A stretch of 64,000 nt of DNA from Cyanobacteria bacterium P01_A01_bin.123 (GTDB lineage: Bacteria > Cyanobacteriota > Cyanobacteriia > Phormidesmidales > Phormidesmidaceae). Each line of letters opens with the position of its first letter. The stretch's first letter is position 1. This document shows positions 62,648 to 64,000 of this stretch, in pieces. Where the stretch lies: positions 96,001-160,000 of the forward strand of contig JBCBZT010000006.1 in assembly GCA_039815185.1 (NCBI GenBank). The letters are read 5' to 3'. A program made the position numbers and the translations under genes. The notes beneath the pieces were generated by a model, which worked only from the letters and a program-made list of their open reading frames with translations, did no database searches and was not told where the DNA came from.

Positions 62648-63175
62648 TTAGACATCCAGTAGGCCAGCGGGCGGCTTGATTTCGACCCTTCCAGCTTCAA
62701 TATCAACCACGGGCACAATCGCTTCCACAAAGGGAACTAAAACTCGGCGCGGTTTTATCGCTGATGTTAATTCCACTTCCAACAAATCGTTGCCCGCACT
62801 AAACACGTCGACCACTACCCCAATCTCTGCCTGTTGGTGTTGGTCAAATACTCTTAACCCAATCAAATCAGCTACATGGTACTCATCGGCTTCTAGGGGT
62901 AAGCGATCGCCTTCAGGGACGAGCAGTTCACAATTGCGCAATTTCTCCGCTTGGTCGCGATGTTGGATGTCTGCAAATTTGATCACATATAACCCTTTAC
63001 CGTGCAAAAATCGCCCTTGCACTAACTGAATCGGTTTGGGGGTGGGGAAGGAGGGCGATCGCAACCAGCGCTGCCCCGGATCCAGAAACCGTTCTGGAAA
63101 GTCACTGTTAGGATAGACCCGAACCTCACCGTGGAGCCCATGGGGGGCAACAATTTTGCCAATGACTAGCCACAT
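62648..63175 (-). CDS. rimM: Ribosome maturation factor RimM
   Basis: IGKIVAPHGLHGEVRV, SDFPERF, EYHVADLIG, GNDLL, LVPFV, PPAGLL. Confidence 0.93.
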   Translation of the reverse strand: MWLVIGKIVAPHGLHGEVRVYPNSDFPERFLDPGQRWLRSPSFPTPKPIQLVQGRFLHGKGLYVIKFADIQHRDQAEKLRNCELLVPEGDRLPLEADEYHVADLIGLRVFDQHQQAEIGVVVDVFSAGNDLLEVELTSAIKPRRVLVPFVEAIVPVVDIEAGRVEIKPPAGLLDV

Positions 63176-63181
63176 AGGCGA

Positions 63182-64000
63182 TTAACCACTGACCGCCAAT
63201 TCTGGGGATTTGATCTGGCCTTGGCTGTAAATTTGGTCAACAACGCGAGCCAAGTGTCCCATGCCGGCAACAATCTCTTCATCCGTTGCGGTCAGGCTGA
63301 TTCGAATGCACTGCTGGGTATGGATCCAGTCATCTTTCATGCCGGGGAAGAAGGGACTACCCGGCACAGCAATCACACCATGTTGCTTGAGTTCCTGATA
63401 GAGTTGCCAATCGCTAACGGGTAAGTCTTTGAACCACAACCAGGCAAAGATTGACCCTTCCCCCCGATGCATATACCAAGGGACTGCATCCGGCATAGCA
63501 TTGTCAAGGGCAGCTTCGAGAACTTCAAATTTGTGTTGGTAGTGGGGGCGAATCACGTTGAGAGAAATGTCTGCTAAGGCACCCGAGGCGATCGCGCGGG
63601 CGGCAATCGCCTGTCCATAGCGCGACGAGTGAATACACAGATTAGTTTGGAAAGATTCCAACACCTGAATCATGCGTTCGTCGCCAAGGGCAATGCCAAT
63701 GCGCTCACCGGGTAACCCTGCCTTCGACAGGCTGATGCAGTGCACCATGTTGGGTTCAAACAGCGGCGTCATCTCGGTGTAGTTCAAAGCCGGGAAGGGG
63801 GGAGCATAGGCTGAATCGACGAGCACCGGGACGTTGTGGGGGGCAGCTAGGGCAGCAATTCGGCGCACTTCATCATCGCTGAGCACGTTGCCTGTCGGGT
63901 TACACGGGCGAGAGAATAACACAAACCCTGTATTTTCGTTAATTTCAAGCTGATTAAAATCGGGGCGATATTTGAATCGGTGGGGTTCGTTGCCAATCTC
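63182..64000 (-). CDS. avtA: Valine--pyruvate transaminase (5' end beyond the window)
   Basis: SRPCNPTGN, DSAY, SLSKAGLPGERIG (PLP Lys), GSIFAWLW, CIRISL. Confidence 0.85.
   Translation of the reverse strand, partial: EIGNEPHRFKYRPDFNQLEINENTGFVLFSRPCNPTGNVLSDDEVRRIAALAAPHNVPVLVDSAYAPPFPALNYTEMTPLFEPNMVHCISLSKAGLPGERIGIALGDERMIQVLESFQTNLCIHSSRYGQAIAARAIASGALADISLNVIRPHYQHKFEVLEAALDNAMPDAVPWYMHRGEGSIFAWLWFKDLPVSDWQLYQELKQHGVIAVPGSPFFPGMKDDWIHTQQCIRISLTATDEEIVAGMGHLARVVDQIYSQGQIKSPELAVSG

Noticed and set aside
1..64000. CRISPR array or dispersed GCGATCGC repeats as a new element
   Set aside because: No regularly spaced repeat-spacer array seen; GCGATCGC is the ordinary cyanobacterial HIP1 motif.

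Overview
Cyanobacterial chromosome segment, with frequent HIP1 GCGATCGC octamers, dominated by light-acclimation genes. From left to right: (1) an ECF sigma/cupin anti-sigma pair divergent from a DUF4331-TPR operon, with a shared ECF-type promoter motif; (2) a green/red chromatic-acclimation module (ccaS, cpcL, an unusual two-domain rod linker, ccaR, and a G-box) next to a decayed IS630-type transposase; (3) housekeeping and envelope genes (hfq, psb32, rpoZ, LCP, M23 and M15 peptidases) and tRNA-Pro(GGG); (4) a complete far-red light photoacclimation (FaRLiP) cluster, about 24.8-52.2 kb: psbA3/B2/C2/D3/H2, apcD5/B2/D2/E2/D3, chlF, psaA2/B2/L2/I2/F2/J2 and rfpBAC, with extra psbO, psbF and psbV paralogues, an nblA, a ycf35-like gene and two small unexplained ORFs. 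Four of its promoter regions share an 11-bp direct repeat, a candidate RfpB box; (5) tandem RTX-tailed M14 carboxypeptidases, a small basic ORF carrying an intrinsic terminator inside its coding sequence (ArfA/BrfA-like ribosome-rescue candidate), a catalytically degenerate RAYT/Y1 transposase homologue, rimM and a partial avtA. All calls come from motif recognition by eye; no database searches were run.
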